The notes below the pieces were generated by a model. The model saw only the letters and a list, made by a program, of their open reading frames with translations, ran no database searches and had not been told where the DNA came from. The translations under genes and the position numbers were made by a program. From Candidatus Binatia bacterium (GTDB taxonomy: Bacteria; Desulfobacterota; Binatia; UBA9968; JAJDTQ01): a stretch of 64,000 bases of DNA. Within the stretch, counting starts at the first letter, position 1, and each line of letters opens with the position of its first letter. Positions 61,560 to 64,000 of the stretch are shown piece after piece. The stretch covers positions 224,001-288,000 of the forward strand of contig OY762897.2 in the NCBI GenBank assembly GCA_963666515.2. The letters are read 5' to 3'.

Positions 61560-63776
61560 TCATTCCTTCCGCAACGCGTCGTAGACCTTCTCCGCGGTGA
61601 TGGGCAGGTCGGCGATGCGCACGCCCACCGCCGCTTCCACTGCGTTGGCGATGGCGGGTGCGGTGGGCACGATGCTCATCTCCCCAATGGCCTTGGCGTT
61701 GTAGGGGCCGGGTCCGGTCTGGTCTTCCACCAGCACGGTCTGGAGCGGCGGCAGGTCCTTCACGCACGGCACGCAGTAGTCGCCGAGGTTGAGGGTGGTG
61801 ACCCGGGGTCCGTCCTTGACCATCTCCTCCATCACCGCGTAGCCCAGGCCCTGCACGAAGCCGCCGTCGATCTGGCCCTGGTGCCCCAACGGGTTGATGA
61901 TAGTGCCGACGTCGTGGGCGGTCACCACCTTCTTCACGTCCACCGTGCCGGTCTCCCGGTCCACCGCCACCTCCGCCACCTGGACGAAGAACGCCGGAAC
62001 CGGCGAGCGCTGCGGCTGGTAGGACTTGCGCACCGTCAGGTCCTTCTCCTCAGCGATGAGCCTCCCGGCCACGTCGGCGAAGGGCAGCGCCGCGCCGCCG
62101 GCGCTGAAGCGGCCGTCCGCCAGGGTGACGTCGTCCGCCTTGCAGCCGAGGGCATCGGCGGCGGCCTCGGTGATCCGGTCGCGCAGCTCCTCCACGGCTT
62201 CCACCAGGCCGCGCCCGACCATGGCGGTGATCTTGCTGCCGCCGGGCTCGGCGTCGGTCTCGAAGGTATCGGTGTCGCCGCGGGCCACCTGGACCCGTTC
62301 GGCGGGCAGGGTCAGCAACTCCGCCGTGATCTGCCGCAGAAGCGTGTGGGTGCCGGTGCCGATGTCGGGAATCGCGGTCAGCACCGTGACTTCGCCGTCG
62401 GAGTTGCACGACACTTCCAGGTTGACGGTGCCGCTTCCGCCGGTGTGCCGGAAGCCCAGGGCCATGCCCCGGCCGGTGTCCTCGCCCGGCTTGTCTGCGT
62501 GCCAACCGGCTGCCGCCAGCGCGGCCTCCATGGTCTCGCGGCAACGGATCTTTTCCATCCCCCGCTTGTTGGGCAGCACGTCGCCGTCCTGCATCAGGTT
62601 CTTGAGCCGTATCGCCACCGGATCCAGGTCCAGCTCCCGGGCCAGCATGTCCAGCAGCGACTCAATGGCGAAAACCGCCTGCGGCTGTCCCGGCGATTTC
62701 ATGTAACCGCCTGGGACCCCGTTGGTGTAGACGTTGTAGGTGCGGATGGCGTAGTTCGGGATGCGGTAGGCGTTGACGACGTACGAACCGTCGATTTCCG
62801 ACGGCTTGAAGCCCGAGTAGGCGCCGCTGTCGAAGTAGATGTCGCTGTCCAGCGCCACCAGGGTCCCGTCGCGCTTCGCCCCGAGCTTCACGCGCATCAC
62901 CGAAGGGTGGCGCGGGTCGCCGGCCATCAGCTCCTCGGTGTAGTTCATCACCATCTTGACCGGACGCCCCACGGCCCTGGAAAGGTAGTAGCAGACCGGC
63001 ACGTCCATATGGGAGCCCTTGCCGCCGAAGTCGCCGCCCAGGGCCACGCCGTGGACGTGGATGTTCGCTTCCTCCAGCTCCAGTTGCGCGGCCAGCATCT
63101 GCTTGAGCCGGAACGGCGCCTTGCACGACGCCCACACGTCGATGCGCCCCTGTTCGTCGGTCGATACCACGGTGGCGTGGGGCTCGAGGTAAACCTGGTG
63201 CACCCCGGGAGTGCGGAAGGTATGCTCGATGGCAACCTCGGCCTCCGCCATCCCCTGCGCGACGTCACCGGCGCCATGCTCCTTGAGAGACAGGACGTTG
63301 GGCTGGTTGTCCGGCCGGCCGGGCACGCCGGCATACCCGGCGAGCCCCTCGTGTATCACCGGGGCGCCGTCGGCCAAGGCGTCTTCGACGTCGGCGACGG
63401 CGGGCAATTCCTCGTACTCCACCTCGATGAGCGACAGCGCCTCCTCGGCCGCATCGAGCGTGTCCGCGGCAACCGCCGCGATCTTGTCGCCGATGAAGCG
63501 CACCTTGTCGCGTGCCAGCACCGGCAGGTCCTGAAGGCTCACGCCCACGCGGAAATCGGGCACGTCCGCACCCGTCAGCACCGCGCGCACCCCCGGCACC
63601 CGCCGAGCCCGCGACGCGTCCACCCGCACCAGCCGCGCGTGCGGCATAGTGCTGCGCAGGCACTTGCCCCACAGCGCCTCCGGCGCGTCCACGTCCGCGG
63701 TGTAAACCATCCGGCCCGAAACCTTGTCCGGCCCCTCCACGCGCCCGATCGGTTGCCCTACGACCTTGAGTTCCAT
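61560..63776 (-). CDS. Xanthine dehydrogenase/aldehyde oxidase family Mo-binding (large) subunit
   Basis: KVSG..YTAD, QVYLEPH, GGDFGGK, D.GTG, HDVG..INP, GQIDGG..QG.G, AKAIGE. Confidence 0.92.
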   Translation of the reverse strand: MELKVVGQPIGRVEGPDKVSGRMVYTADVDAPEALWGKCLRSTMPHARLVRVDASRARRVPGVRAVLTGADVPDFRVGVSLQDLPVLARDKVRFIGDKIAAVAADTLDAAEEALSLIEVEYEELPAVADVEDALADGAPVIHEGLAGYAGVPGRPDNQPNVLSLKEHGAGDVAQGMAEAEVAIEHTFRTPGVHQVYLEPHATVVSTDEQGRIDVWASCKAPFRLKQMLAAQLELEEANIHVHGVALGGDFGGKGSHMDVPVCYYLSRAVGRPVKMVMNYTEELMAGDPRHPSVMRVKLGAKRDGTLVALDSDIYFDSGAYSGFKPSEIDGSYVVNAYRIPNYAIRTYNVYTNGVPGGYMKSPGQPQAVFAIESLLDMLARELDLDPVAIRLKNLMQDGDVLPNKRGMEKIRCRETMEAALAAAGWHADKPGEDTGRGMALGFRHTGGSGTVNLEVSCNSDGEVTVLTAIPDIGTGTHTLLRQITAELLTLPAERVQVARGDTDTFETDAEPGGSKITAMVGRGLVEAVEELRDRITEAAADALGCKADDVTLADGRFSAGGAALPFADVAGRLIAEEKDLTVRKSYQPQRSPVPAFFVQVAEVAVDRETGTVDVKKVVTAHDVGTIINPLGHQGQIDGGFVQGLGYAVMEEMVKDGPRVTTLNLGDYCVPCVKDLPPLQTVLVEDQTGPGPYNAKAIGEMSIVPTAPAIANAVEAAVGVRIADLPITAEKVYDALRKE

Positions 63777-64000
63777 GTTTGCTCCTGTTGGCTGTGGCGA
63801 CAACGTCAGGGTGGAGAGTTTGGCTGATTGGCACCAAAAGGGCAACGACGTTGCTGAATAAGTAGCGGCAGGAGGGGTAGGGCGAGGTAGAGGCAACTTG
63901 GAATGCGCTGCGTTACCGGACTGACGTTTGGCGTGTTATCTATGTCACGGAGTTGGAGGGAAGAATGCGGTGATTCACGAAAGGGACTTTGGCCTCGAAG

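Noticed and set aside
63828-63854. Sigma54-like TGGCAC-N7-GC and palindrome GCAACG-A-CGTTGC
   Set aside because: The -12 box lacks TT and the target gene lies outside the window.

Overview
High-GC bacterial chromosomal window with about 54 CDS and one tRNA-Ala(GGC). I found no prophage, IS element, integrase or CRISPR array. Gene content (amidases, amidohydrolases, MFS paralogs, Mo enzymes, rpmE-prfA-prmC-murA-his order) suggests a deltaproteobacterial-like lineage such as Binatia; this is inference. Housekeeping blocks: zwf; rpmE-prfA-prmC-murA-hisDBHAF; trxB; moaC-radC; two-domain thyX; tkt-tal-rpe; nadK-recN. Accessory catabolic blocks: (amidase-amidohydrolase)x2; FAD dehydrogenase-molybdopterin oxidoreductase-ornithine cyclodeaminase family; four tandem MFS genes; an orphan XDH-family Mo subunit; plus an Xre/RES toxin-antitoxin pair. 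The best candidate for a little-described system is the convergent 46-58 kb nitrogen-linked region. On the minus strand, tRNA-Ala runs straight into circularly permuted ATP-grasp, alpha-E and transglutaminase genes, followed by glnA-amtB with no PII gene. On the plus strand is a sigma-less partner-switching operon (RsbW, STAS, REC-PP2C) linked to a periplasmic binding protein and a TorS-like kinase. Several REP-like palindrome families overlap stop codons, a Shine-Dalgarno site and C-terminal coding tails. All calls come from motif recognition; no database searches were run.
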